Source of the DNA: Octopus bimaculoides
Lineage: Eukaryota
Direction: 5' to 3'
DNA length: 64,000 nucleotides
NCBI RefSeq assembly: GCF_001194135.2
Contig: NC_068995.1
Location: 40,295,915 to 40,359,914, forward strand
In this document: positions 1 to 12,595 of the stretch, piece after piece
Position numbering within the stretch: the first letter of the stretch is position 1
Layout: each line of letters starts with the position of its first letter
Notes under the pieces: model-generated
What the model was told of the DNA's origin: nothing
The model's database searches: none
The model's input: only the letters and a program-made list of their open reading frames with translations
Translations under genes and position numbers: made by a program

Positions 1-211
1 ATTTGTTTTGTATGTTTTTTTTTGTGTTCAGAATTTATTCATGCATGTAGACCTTTGTAACCAGGCGGGTCTATTTAGGTGTGTCAGCTTCAGGTCATGG
101 GGTTGTTTTTTTAAGGTTTCGCAAAAGAATGTGAACCACAAACTCACACACACACACAAAAGCACACACATGTATATATACATATATATATAATATATGA
201 AGAACAAATAC

Positions 212-313
212 CTGAAGAACTTCTTTACTATTCACAAATGGTCCAATCTGCTTAGAATAACTTATGACAGCATAATTTTGGTTCTTTTCATGAAATGAAA
301 TTTTAGCAAACAA
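212..313 (-). CDS. AGGF1: AGGF1 coding exon 8 (FHA, LFAKISFHEKNQNYAVISYSKQIGPFVNSKEVLQ)
   Basis: ttttgtag acceptor, CAG|gtattt donor, 102 nt, phase 0-0. Aligns to human FHAEIYFDHDLQSYVLVDQGSQNGTIVNGKQILQ. Confidence 0.85.
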
Positions 314-3105
314 CTACAAAAGCAAAAGAACACAAAGAAAATGAACAAAATACAAAAATGATGAAAATAACAAAAAATAAATGTGCATGCACACACACTT
401 AGACATACTTTTATTATAACCAAAATATGCATGATTCCACAATCTTCAAAACACACTTGAGGGACCAGTGTTTACATTTCAGTTTACTATATTAAGTGGA
501 TGAGATATAAATATGCCCCAGGATAGGACAACAGTGTATAAGAAGTGACATTCCGGATAAGTAAAGCAAAGAGTATAAGTAAATATGTTGTCCCAGATAC
601 TCAATCAAATGCCAACGCTGGATTAGAACTAAAGATCAAGCCAGTTGCTAACAGAACACTGCTATCCATAAGAATGTCTTGATGAGGTTTCTCCATCAGC
701 AAGAAATAGCTGTCAAAAAATAAACTCTCACTGAATTTAAAAGCAGGGAAGATACTGAATAATGTAGTCCAAGGTGTGCAATGCCAGAGAGCAAGGTAGG
801 ATGGTATTGGTCAAAATGTCATTAATCAAAGGTCCACACAGCAACAGAACTGTCCACTTACCCAATTCATATCAACAACTGAACCAATAAGGAAAAGCCT
901 CATCATCATTATCATCATCGTTTAACGTCCGCTTTCCATGCTAGCATGGGTTGGACGATTTGACTGAGGACTGGTGAACCACATGGCTACACCAGGCTCC
1001 AATCTGATTTGGCAGAGTTTCTACAGCTGGATGCCCTTTCTAACGCCAACCACTCCGAGAGTGTAGTGGGTGCTTTTACGTGCCACCGGCACGAAGGCTA
1101 GTCAAGCGGTACTGGCAACGGCCACGCTCAAAATGGTGTATTTTATGTTCCACCTGCACAGGAGCCAGTCCAGCGGCACTGGCAACGATCTCGCTTGAAT
1201 GTCTTTACACATGCCACCGGCACAAGTGCCAGGAAGGCGACGCTGGGCACAGGTGCCATCACGTTTTCACTTTCGCTTGCCCCAACAGGTCTTCGCAAGC
1301 TGAGTTTCATGTCCAATGAAGGAGACGACGTTGGCATGGGTGCCAGTCGTCGAATTTTGTTCTATTTCGATTTCACTTGCCTAATCTTACAGGGTCACTA
1401 CATCCTTCTCTGGTCACTGTGGTCTCTACACTTCAAAGAGGTCATTGTGGTCATTAAACTACTATGGGGTCAGTGAACCTCAATGTGGTCACTAACCTTT
1501 GTAGTCATTAAAGTTACTGAATTTCTGTATAATCAATGAACATCTATATAGTCACTACATCTCTGTCTGGTCACTATGGTAACAAAAATCGCTGTGAGGT
1601 CACTGCAGCTTTGTCTGGTCAATGAACACTTGTGTGGTCACAGCACCTCTGTCTGGCCTCAATGTGATTGCATGTACTTTATTATTTTTTTTATGAGTGA
1701 CAAGAAGTGGACTCTGCTAAAGGCAGCAATGGGTCAGTTGGAGTGGGAGGGTGGGGTGTTAAACTAGTCCAATTGGAACTCAGTGTAGTGGAACATAACC
1801 AAATGTCACAAGTTATTTTGCTTGGTGCTCTACCAATTCTGCTATACGCTTACAAAAAAAAAAAAAAGAAATGAGGCTTTTAAAATGTTTTGTCTGTTAT
1901 TGTTAAAAACTAAACCACAACTGCACATGAACAGCCTCTGCATGGTAACTCAATATGCTAGTAATAGCAGCTAAATCACTCTCAAACTCGAAATCACTGT
2001 ACTAAAAGAATACATTGAAAAGTCTAAGGTACATATTGCAGGAAAATGGACAAGATGGTCATGGCTAGAATGCCTTTGATCATAAATTTGCTTTATAGGG
2101 ATTGACTTGGGGCTAAACAAACAAATAAGCAACTTACTCCTGGTTTGCCAGAGTCCATAATTTGTATTAAGTCTTTGTCTCGTTGACCAATGGAAGCTCC
2201 TGTGTATGTGACAAGGAAGAGTTTACCAATTTTTAAATAACTAGATTTTGTCACAATTAATCGAACACAAGCTGGCCACAAATCGCAGGGATCTGCAATG
2301 TAATTAAAACAACAAAAGTAATTAAAAATAATTGATGATTAAAAAGTAGATTTTAATGGGCAAAAGTTTTAGTTAGCAGAAAAGAAGACAGGAACACTAT
2401 TATTGCCATTAATAGAGTGGGCACGTAAATAGCACCATTTGAGCATGACCATTACCAGTGGGATGTGAAAAGACATTCGAGCGAGTTCGTTGCCAGTCCC
2501 GCTGGACTGGCTCCTGTGCAGGTGGCACATAAAATACACCATTTCGAGCGTGGCCGTTGCCAGTACCTCCTGACTGGCCTTTGTGCCGGTGGCATGTAAA
2601 AGCACCCACTACACTCTCGGAGTGGTTGGCGTTAGGAAGGGCATCCAGCTGTAGAAACTCTGCCAAATCAGATTGGAGCCTGGTGTAGCCATCTGTTTCA
2701 CCAGTCCTTAGTCAAATCGTCCAACCCATGCTAGCATGGAACGTGGACGTTAAACGATGATGATGATGTTTAGTATTCAGTAAAGCTAAGAATTTCATCA
2801 TTATCTAATGTCCACTTTGCATGCTGGCATGGGTTGAACGATTTGACAGGAGCTGGCTAATCAGAAGACTGTACCAGGCTTCAGTGTCTGTTTTGATACA
2901 GTTTTTGCAGCTGGATGCCCTCCCTAATACCAACTACCCCACAGAGTGGAGTGAGTGTTTTTTTAAGTGACACCAGCACTGGCAAGGTCACCAAGTAACT
3001 TGCACGATAAAGATCCTTTGAGAGGGCATTGGAGAAGGTGATCTTGTGCCAGATGGAGAGACAGAAACAGGTGTCTTGCTGTAGAGGAGATATATGGTGA
3101 GAGAA

Positions 3106-3169
<64 letters not shown>

Positions 3170-3332
3170 GACAGTAATAGGTGTGTTGCTGTAGACGAGA
3201 TACAAGAAAGCAAAAGAAAAAGAGAGTGGAAGAGTGCGAGAGTGCAAAAGAGAGCAAGAGAGAGATAGTGGCAAAGTGCCAGGGCATACTCACAAGGAAC
3301 GGGGATCAGAGTATAAATAGGATGGTAGAGTA

Positions 3333-3368
<36 letters not shown>

Positions 3369-5277
3369 AAGGGTGCACAAGGGGTGTAATGGGATCAAAG
3401 ATAGGTTGACAGAGAAAGAATATTTTGTATGCAGCAGTTGCACAGAAACAGTTAAGAATAAGGTACAGAGCTGGCAGAAACGTTAGCACGCCAGGCGAAA
3501 TGCTTGGCGGTATTTTGTCTGCCGTTACGTTCTGAGTTCAAGTTCCGCCAAGGTCGACTTTGCCTTTCATCCTTTCGGCGTCGATTAAATAAGTACCAGT
3601 TACGCACTGGGGTCGATATAATCGACTTTATCCCTTTGTCTGTCCTTGTTTGTCCCCTCTATGTTTAGCCCATTGTGGGCAGTAAAGAAATAAGAAACAG
3701 TTAACAATAAGAGCACCTATGAAATACATTATTTAAAATACTTGGAATGTACTGTAGAAGTAGTTGATAGTTGCCCTTAATTAAGTGACCTTATTAAGCA
3801 ATGAGGTGGATACTTTAAAAGAGTTGCTAGAGTAAGAACAAGGTAGAAAAAGTTCAGAGAATTATTATCTCAACTGGAAACAGAGTGATTCTTTCTTTGA
3901 ATGAAGAAAAGGTTGTATGTATAAGGAGCAATATCGCATGAGAGTGAAACATGGGCAGTGAATGAGAAACAAGGGGCAAAGAATGGAAAGAAATGAAGCA
4001 AGCATACTCTGCTACTTGTATAATGGTTTTATGTTTAGATAATGGAGTACAAATGAATTGAAAGAAAAACTGGGTATAAGAGGAATCAGGTGCACAACTA
4101 GTGGCATATCTTGATTCTATCATTATCATCATCATCGTTTAACGTCCGCTTTCCATGCTAGCATGGGTTGGACGATTTGACTGAGGACTGGTGAACCAGA
4201 TAGCCACACCAGGCTCCAATCTGATTTGGCAGAGTTTCTACAGCTGGATGCCCTTCCTAACGCCAACCACTCCGAGAGTGTAGTGGGTGCTTTTACGTGC
4301 CACCAGCACGAAGGCCAGTCAGGCGGTACTGGCAAAGGCCACGCTCAAAATGGTGTATTTTACGTGCCACCTGCACAGGAGCTAGTCCAGCAGCACTGGC
4401 AACGATCTCGCTCGAATGTCTTTACACGTGCCACCGGCACAAGTTCCAGGAAGGCGATGCTAGGCACAGATGCCATCACAATTTCACTTTCGCTTGCCCC
4501 AACAGGTCTTCGCAAGCCGAGTTTCATGTCCAATGAAGGAGACAACGTTGGCATGGGTGCCAGTCGTCGAATTTAGTTCGATTCCAAACATTCAGAAACC
4601 ACTCAACAGAATATACAAGATGCATTTTATTTTGGTGCCAACACTAGTGAGGTTGCCTTTTACTCCTGCAAAGCAAAAGGGTCCTCCCCCATCTATGTCA
4701 TCCCTGTTCATTGAGGGCAACATGACGAAACCAACAGAGTGAATAGAAGAGAGAGCAATTGTAGAAGATGGCTAGTAACTGTACCTGATTTCTTGTAGTA
4801 AAACTGTTCAGGTTCTATTGGTTTTGATGACTGAGCATAAAGTTCTTGGCATGCGAGATAGTCAGCTTCCTCTTTCTCAGATAAACTTTGCGGAGGGCTT
4901 ATGCCATAGGAAACAGTAGCAGCTGTCAAATGACAGCCTTCAGGATTAAATTCTGTACTTGTGTTTGTATTGTCCTCTGCTGATAGCAGGTGTGTGCTGC
5001 AACTTTCCCATTGTTGATCAACTGGAAGGTCAGAACTGTGCTTGTGGCTGTGTTTCTGCTTCTTTTTCTGATTAAGGAGAGAAAAAGGGATTTTTAAAAT
5101 TATTATTTCAATGTGGACATACTGGAGCACCTCCTTAAAGAATTTTTAGTTGAGCAAATGGACCCCAGCCTGACACTTATTCTATTGGTCTTTATTGCCA
5201 AATCACTAAGTTACAGGGGATAACAACAAACCAACACCAGTTGTCAGGTAGTGGTTGGGACAAACACAGACACAAAG

Positions 5278-5309
<32 letters not shown>

Positions 5310-7570
5310 ATATACAATGAGCTTCCACACAGCTTCCACCAGGATTATATTAAAAGACACTTGCCTAGGGTGCTGCACAGTGGGACTGAACCCAAAATCA
5401 CTTGGTTGCAAAGTGAGCTTCTTAACCACCCAGCCATGTATGTTACACTTATAACTGCAATGCTGATTTAGTTAACACATCTCTAAAGTTGTACTTGAGG
5501 AAATGATTTCCTGATCACATTCAATTAAATTAATTCAAGAGCTACAGTTAATTAAGTAATAACTATATTGTTGATGATGTTTTCATGTAAGTCAATGATA
5601 CATATATANNNNNNNNNNNNNNNNNNNNNNNNNNNNNNNNNNNNNNNNNNNNNNNNNNNNNNNNNNNNNNNNNNNNNNNNNNNNNNNNNNNNNNNNNNNN
5701 NNNNNNNNNNNNNNNNNNNNNNNNNNNNNNNNNNNNNNNNNNNNNNNNNNNNNNNNNNNNNNNNNNNNNNNNNNNNNNNNNNNNNNNNNNNNNNNNNNNN
5801 NNNNNNNNNNNNNNNNNNNNNNNNNNNNNNNNNNNNNNNNNNNNNNNNNNNNNNNNNNNNNNNNNNNNNNNNNNNNNNNNNNNNNNNNNNNNNNNNNNNN
5901 NNNNNNNNNNNNNNNNNNNNNNNNNNNNNNNNNNNNNNNNNNNNNNNNNNNNNNNNNNNNNNNNNNNNNNNNNNNNNNNNNNNNNNNNNNNNNNNNNNNN
6001 NNNNNNNNNNNNNNNNNNNNNNNNNNNNNNNNNNNNNNNNNNNNNNNNNNNNNNNNNNNNNNNNNNNNNNNNNNNNNNNNNNNNNNNNNNNNNNNNNNNN
6101 NNNNNNNNNNNNNNNNNNNNNNNNNNNNNNNNNNNNNNNNNNNNNNNNNNNNNNNNNNNNNNTATATATATATATATATATATCGTAATACCTATCTCAT
6201 AACTAGGTGTCCCAAGTTAAGTGGACTGCAACAATATAACAACATACATTGTTTGATACATTAACGAGTCGGTCTTCAGACATTAAAAGGCAACAGAAAT
6301 AAAATCACAGAATATATTTACCAATTTTTTCTTTGATTTCTTTTTCTTGTGTTCTTTGATCTCTCCTTCCTCTAACTCACTGGAGTCTTCTGTCTTACTC
6401 TTCAAAGAAGAGTCACTCAAATGAGACTCACATTCATTGATGTTCTCAGAGGTTGTGGAATCAACTTTAGAATGGAACTTATACTCGTTGGTTGTATAGT
6501 TGTAATAGAAGTATGTCCCCGTACGTGGATCGTAGTATAATGTGGAATTCTGAATGAAGTAAAATAAACAAACAATTTGTGTCACCACAATCTGATAACA
6601 TCAACTTCTTAAATATAGGAGTTTTTTTTCTTTTTTGCATTTTGTGTTTTTTTAACTTCCAACCAAAAGCACTTCACACAGAGTTTATTCAATTTTGGGA
6701 ACTTCATTGACTGATTTCTATCCACAAAAATACCATTCCTTGGACATCAGTTTGAAAAAGAGATTTTAGCCAGAAGAAAATATAAGCTGCACATATTCAG
6801 CCTGATCAGGTCAGTGTGAAAAGATGGGCAGAAATATGCATTCTACACAAAATAAGATCTGGAGACTGGAAATAATGATGGGTGGTCATAAATGGAGGTG
6901 AAATGGTAGAGTTATTAGAGTGAGTCATGGATAGAATACCTTATGTGCTATATTTGTTTTAACACTCTGTTTCTTGAGTTAAAATCCCATCAAAGTTAGT
7001 TTTGTCTTTCATCTTTTAAGGATTAAAAAAAAAGTACCAATCAGCAGAACTTTAACAGAGAAGTCAAGATGCTTTGAAGTGTCTATTGTGAGTCTTTAGT
7101 GTTCTAACACTTATTCCAAACTGTATAGGCCTAAATTGGTAGCCGTTTATTTAGACAAACATCTGTAACAGGGAGAGGGTAGGGCCAAGTACTGGTCTTC
7201 CCCCAAAAAATTTCAACCATGTATTTGGACATAAATGTGCAGTTGCATAGTCAACAGTGACCAACAGGGATCCTTATATAGTAATAAGTAGATAGTTTAT
7301 AAAGATGGACAGTCACAAATTGGTAATATATACAATTCTCTTTACTCTTTCTCTTTTACTTGTTTCAGTCATTTGACTGTGGCCATGCTGGAACACCACC
7401 TTTAGTCGAGCAAATTCACCCCAGGACTTATTCTTTGTAAGCCTAGTATTTATTCTATCGGTCTCTTTTGCCGAACCGCTAAGATTAGGGGGACATAAAC
7501 ACACCAGCATCGGTTGTCAAGCAATGTTGGGGGAGACAAACATAGGCACACAAACATATACACACACATT

Positions 7571-7628
<58 letters not shown>

Positions 7629-9501
7629 CATACATATATACGATGGGCTTTTTCAGTTTCCGTCTACCAAATCCACTCAGCCTGAGGCTATAGTAGAAGA
7701 CACTTGCCCAAGATGCCACGCAGTGGAACTGAACCCAGAACCATGTGGTTCGTAAGCAAGCTACTTACCACACAACCACTCCCACGCCTATAGGCATCAA
7801 TGTACTTTACTGAAGATGGACAGAAATAAATACATTTTAAATCAATCCACCAACCCACTCCAAATTCTATGCCAATGTTTCTGAGATAAACACTGAAGGA
7901 GAAATGTTTTGAATTGTTAACCTTATCTGTTATATTATGCTTTTGAAAATCACCACTTTCTGTACAGTTTGCCTTTGCTTGAAATATATCCAATCTTGCA
8001 AACATTCACTTCTTGCAATGTATCAATGATTTTAACCACAAAACTACAGCAAATAACAGAAAAAAGTGTTTTAGCCCTGATTAATGTTCATTATTAACAC
8101 AACATAAAGCTGATGTGACACAAAGTAAAGCTGATGTAATATGAGGCAGGGTGGATGTTAACTCCAATTAAAATCAACGAGGACTAAAACAATGCCTGTA
8201 TATAATTAGATGTTTTGTCTGACACTGTCCAGTCTCTGCAGTTGCACCATCTTGAAAATAAGGGAAAATTATAAATGGAAACAGAATACTTACAGCATCA
8301 TAATAATAACCACTGGTGTGGTCATAGTACATTCCGGAAGAAGAATCATAGACGAAAGGTGAGTCAGAACTAAAACAATCGACTGGGTGATTCTCCATAC
8401 TCGATCCTGTGGCAACATTGGAATCACCATCTAAAGTCTTCTCTTTCTCCATATCAAGTTCTATCACCATCATCTCTGCTACATCTTTCACACTTTCAGC
8501 AACAGACTGAGATTCTGGCTAAAATTAATAAATGTAACAAAAAAATCAGTTGAAAAATAACAAAAATAACATCACTGGTATTGTTGTTGTTGTTGTTGGT
8601 GGTGGTGTGATGATGATGATAAGGATGATGATGATGATGAGGTGGGGAGGAGAAGGATGAGGAATCTTTTTTTACCTTCATAGTAATCCAATCAGGCAAA
8701 GGACGATCTTTGCCATCATTTTCCTCTATGGAATCTGCATCTACAAATTCAAAAAATATTTCGTTATCATTTGTTCTTTGCATTTTAAAATGTTTAGATG
8801 AGCTGGATTGCAAGGCATGTGTACAAAAGAAAACCAAAACACTGTAGGGGAGAAGTGTGCCTATAATAGGGTGCCCTGAAGTGCTATTATGAAAAAGTGT
8901 TAGGTGAAAAGAATGCAGGGGTGAAAGATGATATTCCTAGAATAAGCCCAGACCAAGGATCTGTGACTCAAGTTGACAGACATAGCAATTAAGGATATAA
9001 AGGAAAGCTACTGGTTAATTTGAAATTGCTGTTGTGATGTTTAGCCCTTTAAAATTTAAACCAGTCATATCCGGCCAAAATATTCTACCTGTTTTCTGTT
9101 TCGTCACTATCATTTAGCATCTGCTTTCCATGTTGGCATGGGTTGGACAGTTTGACTGAAGTCTGGAAAGCCAGCAGCTGCACCAGGCTCCAATCTGATC
9201 TGGCAATGTTTTCACAGCTGGATGCTCTTCCTAACGCTAACTACTCCAAGAGTGTAGTGGGTGCTTTTTACATATACATATATATATATATATGTACATG
9301 TGTATATGATGGGCTTCTTTCAGTTTCTCTCTACCAGCTCTACTAAATCTACTCACAAAGCTTTGACTGACCCAAGACTACAGTAGAAGACACTTGCCCA
9401 AGGTGCCATGCAGTAGGACTGAACCAAGAATCATATGGTTAGGAAGCAAGCTTCTTACCACAGAGCCACACCTGCACCTATATATACAATATATATGTAT
9501 G

Positions 9502-9553
<52 letters not shown>

Positions 9554-10982
9554 ATCATCATTTAGTGTCCATCTTCCATGCTGGCAAGGGTTGGATGATT
9601 TGACAGGAGCGGACCAGGCGGAAGACTGCACCAGATTTCTGTGCCTGTTTTGGTATGGTTTTTATGGCTGGATACCCTTCTTAACACCAACCACCCCACA
9701 GAGTAGACTGAGTGCTTTTTACATGGCACCAGCACAGGTGAGGTCAGTTTTGGCATGGTCTTCACTGCTGGGTGCCCTTCCAAATGCCAACCACTTTATA
9801 GTGTGGACTGGATGCTTTTTACATGGCACCAGCACTGGCAGAGTCACCAAGTAACTTGCAAGACAAGGAATCTTGGAGAAAGAAGGGTGCAATGGAGGAG
9901 GTGATTTTGTGTCAGAAGACAAATGGTTAGAGTGTGGCAGAGAGACAGTAACAGGTGTTTTGCTGTAGAGGAGGTACATAGATACCCAGCCAGAGAAAGA
10001 AAGAGAGAGAAGGGGAGAAGAGAAAGAGAGGGGAGAAGAGAGAGAGAAAACAAGAGGGCAGAAACGTGTGTGTGTTTGCTTATTAAACAGTTATAAATGT
10101 AAACCTACCAGAAGTGAAGTTTGAGTCTAAGGCTGTTTGTGTGGATATATCACATTTGCTTTGATGGTGTGCAACATTTTTATTGCGATAATTATAAAGT
10201 TCTGCCTCCATCAGATCAAATTCTTTGCGCATCATTTTTTGCTTGTAAAGTAATCTTGCATGGTTTCCCCAAGCATCTTCCAGAGCCGCTTTCAAAGCAG
10301 CATTCTCTTTCATGACACTTTCCATGCTAGAATCAGATGCCGGCACCTAAATATTTCGAAAACAAAAATATAAAAATTATTGTTATACCAGTGTGCATTT
10401 GTGTGTGTGTGCATGCACATGTATGTACATACATATATATGCATTCATGTGTAGGTGAGTACAAGTGGGTGGGTATGTGTGTGTGCACGTATATATGCAT
10501 GCATATGTGGGTGAGTGCATGTGTGTATGCATGTGTGTGTGTGTGTAGCATGGTCAAATGGTTAAGGAGTTTGCTTTAGAATCACAACATTCAAAGTTCA
10601 ATCCTACAGTGTGGAATCTTGGGCCAATGTCATTTACCATATTCTTCAGGTTGACCCAAGCCTAGTCAGTGAAACTGGATAAATGAGAACTGCTTGGTGG
10701 CCCATTACATGGAGTATACCCATAATCTGAAAGTTTGGTTTATCCCACACTGAGTCAGACTGTTTGTGGAATACTCAACCACTTCATGCCTGCATGGAAA
10801 ATGGACGTTCTATGATGATGATGATTTAGTTGTGTATGAGTGTGTGTGTGTGTGTGTGTGAGTGTATGCATATATTTGCACTCTTCTTACATTAAGAGTA
10901 TTTTAACTCTTATTTCTAGCACCCTTAGTGAAAATTAAATTTTTCCTTTATGGTATCACATTGCACCTAGCTGTTTATATCA

Positions 10983-11013
<31 letters not shown>

Positions 11014-12495
11014 ACACAGTTATTAATGAGGAGTATTAATCCAGGCAAAATACTTTATAAGCTCTCTGTTAGCACACCAACAGGCTTACACATTGTCTGG
11101 CAGGCTTGGGGCAATAGTAGAAGACATATGTTCAAGGTGCCACACAGTAGAAATGAACTAGAAACCACATGGTAACAAATCAAGCTTCTTAACTGCACAG
11201 CCATAATTATTGTTTTGCCAGTGAGTCGGTCAGGAACTGAATGGCAGTTGTAACCACTGCTAGTTAGAAAGAGACACTAAACAAAGAGAGACAAAGATGT
11301 GTGTGTCTGTGTGTGTGTGCGTGCGGGCACACGCGTGCTTGCATGCATATGTGTATCAACTGAGAGAAAAAACTGGAGATGAGAAGAACACTGTATAGTA
11401 TATAAAAATATTCTTTTCTTTGTAGGCGTAGGAGTGGCTGTGTGGTAAGTAGCTTGCTTACCAACCACATGGTTCCGGGTTCAGTCCCACGGTGTGGCAC
11501 CTTGGGCGAGTGTCTTCTACTCGAGCCGACCAAAGCCTTGTGAGTGGATTTGGTAGACAGAAACTGAAAGAAGCCCGTCGTATATATGTATGTGTGTGTA
11601 TATGTATATATGTATGTGAGTGTATAAGTAAAAGAGTACTCTAGGCACAAGGCGTGAAATTTTGGAGTAGGAGACCAGTTGATTAGATTGATCCCAATAC
11701 GCAACTGGTACTTAATTTATCGACCCCGAAAGGATGAAAGGCAAAGTCAACCTCAGCGGAATTTGAACTCAGAACATAAAGAGAGACAAAATACCGCTAA
11801 GCATTCCGCCCGGCATGCTAACGTTTCTTATTTCTTTATTGCCCACAAGGGGCTAAACATAGAGGGGACAAACAAGGACAGACAAAAGGATAAAGTTGAT
11901 TACATCGACCCCAGTGCGTAACTGGTACTTATTTAATCGACCCCGAAAGGATGAAAGGCAAAGTCGACCTTGGCGGAATTTGAACTCAGAACATAACGGC
12001 AGATGAAATACCGCTAAGCATGTCGCCTGGCGTGCTTATGTTTCTGCCAGCTCGCCACCTTATACAAAAATATTGAACTAGAAATGATGACGTGCATGGA
12101 AGATGACAGTTGGATACAGAAGAGGAAGGAAACTAGAACAGAGGAAGTCTCTGAAGAGATGGGCAGAAGTGGCAAAAGTTGAATTCAGAATGTTGAACCT
12201 TATGAAGAAGATGACAAAAAAAATAACAGTTAAGCAAGTGGCAAACGCACCCAGCTGGAGAAGACTTTGTTCAACCCATGCACACAAAAAAAGCACATGT
12301 AAAAGGAGGAGGATGCAAATCAGAGAAAATAAAGACATTGCCATATACATCAATGCATACCTGTGGATTTTGATTAACTTCAGATTCATTATTTGGAGAC
12401 TTAAGCTCAACCAAATCCGTTAGGTGGCAATTGCAGTCACAGCAGGTAAGTGATTTACCACCCATAGAAATTATTTCACTATCTTCAGACATCAT
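212..12495 (-). CDS. AGGF1: AGGF1-like gene (angiogenic factor with G-patch and FHA domains 1); 5' part of the CDS, continuing beyond the left edge
   Basis: Coding exons 12361-12495, 10105-10346, 8676-8841, 8294-8518, 6322-6549, 4785-5067, 2138-2292 and 212-313 join in frame at GT-AG sites. Domain order matches AGGF1: coiled coil ending DISTQT, SVAESVKDVAE, OCRE aromatic repeats, EEGEI motif, then WPACVRLIVTKSSYLKIGKLFLVT (human WPPCIRVIVIRSPVLQIGSLFIIT) leading into the FHA fold. Confidence 0.9.
900..1355 (-). mobile_element. RTE-LINE 3' UTR fragment (family D) with internal ~50-bp tandem units and (GAT)n tail
   Basis: Near-identical to 4118-4580; same sequence as the 3' UTR following the RTE ORF at 17010-17500. 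Confidence 0.75.
2138..2292 (-). CDS. AGGF1: AGGF1 coding exon 7 (start of FHA, DPCDLWPACVRLIV...IMDSGKPG)
   Basis: cattgcag acceptor, GGA|gtaagt donor, 155 nt, phase 1-0. Confidence 0.9.
2405..2768 (+). mobile_element. RTE 3' UTR fragment (family D)
   Basis: Ends ggacgttaaacgatgatgatgatg. Confidence 0.75.
3465..3695 (+). mobile_element. SINE family B (gagctggcagaaacgttagc...tttcatcctttcgg.gtcgat)
   Basis: Other copies on minus at about 11690-12060 (two in tandem), 23640-23890, 25520-25690, 27390-27600, 32240-32445 and 41580-42010 (two), and on plus at about 33775-33875 and 42250-42440. Confidence 0.7.
4118..4580 (-). mobile_element. RTE 3' UTR fragment (family D)
   Basis: Near-identical to 900-1355. 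Further copies at about 2806-3080, 9110-9270, 9560-9975, 29240-29462, 36545-36655, 37495-37585, 42470-43060, 44100-44460, 50280-50562, 59945-60135 and 63705-63950. Confidence 0.75.
4785..5067 (-). CDS. AGGF1: AGGF1 coding exon 6 (linker, KKKQKHSHKH...FYYKKS)
   Basis: Polypyrimidine tract plus ttaatcag acceptor, G|gtacag donor, 283 nt, phase 0-1, matching both neighbours. Confidence 0.8.
6322..6549 (-). CDS. AGGF1: AGGF1 coding exon 5 (OCRE second half, NSTLYYDPRTGTYFYY...EEGEIKEHKKKKSKKKL)
   Basis: ttcattcag acceptor, TTG|gtaaat donor, 228 nt, phase 0-0. Confidence 0.9.
7340..7790 (-). mobile_element. tRNA-derived SINE family A (head ggcgcaggagtggctgtgtggtaag..., central TA/CA microsatellite, tail ...gcagtcaaatgactgaaacaagtaaaag)
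   Basis: Full copies also at 24180-24565(-), 27968-28372(+), 31860-32230(-) and 62171-62560(+). Partial copies at 11425-11590, 37290-37455, 37880-38100, 45220-45470, 47770-47945 and 48530-48740. Confidence 0.8.
8294..8518 (-). CDS. AGGF1: AGGF1 coding exon 4 (PESQSVAESVKDVAEM...FVYDSSSGMYYDHTSGYYYDA; OCRE first half)
   Basis: aattttag acceptor, GCT|gtaagt donor, 225 nt, phase 0-0. Confidence 0.9.
8676..8841 (-). CDS. AGGF1: AGGF1 coding exon 3 (5' boundary uncertain; alternative in-phase acceptor near 8805)
   Basis: Open frame ...DADSIEENDGKDRPLPDWITMK, AAG|gtaaaa donor in phase 0, cccctacag acceptor in phase 2. Confidence 0.55.
10105..10346 (-). CDS. AGGF1: AGGF1 coding exon 2 (coiled coil, VPASDSSMESVMKENAALKAALE...CDISTQT)
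   Basis: atatttag acceptor in phase 0. The donor is either AG|gtttac (10105, phase 2, fits the next exon) or G|gtaggt (10109, phase 1). Confidence 0.8.
12361..12495 (-). CDS. AGGF1: AGGF1 coding exon 1 (MMSEDSEIISMGGKSLTCCDCNCH...NQNPQ); the exon begins at 12532
   Basis: First in-frame ATG after the ttttgcag acceptor (12533-12534); CAG|gtatgc donor in phase 0. Confidence 0.7.
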
Positions 12496-12595
12496 TATAT
12501 GATTAACAATGTTGGTAGATTCTTTTGATTTCCTGCAAAAATAAAATAAAAAATAAATTTATTATAGTTGAAATATAAATCATGATTCTTATTAC

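Noticed and set aside
1080-1476. Repeated short ORFs (MPPARR..., [15 protein letters not shown]...) recurring through the window
   Set aside because: They are translations of the multi-copy RTE 3' UTR, not genes.
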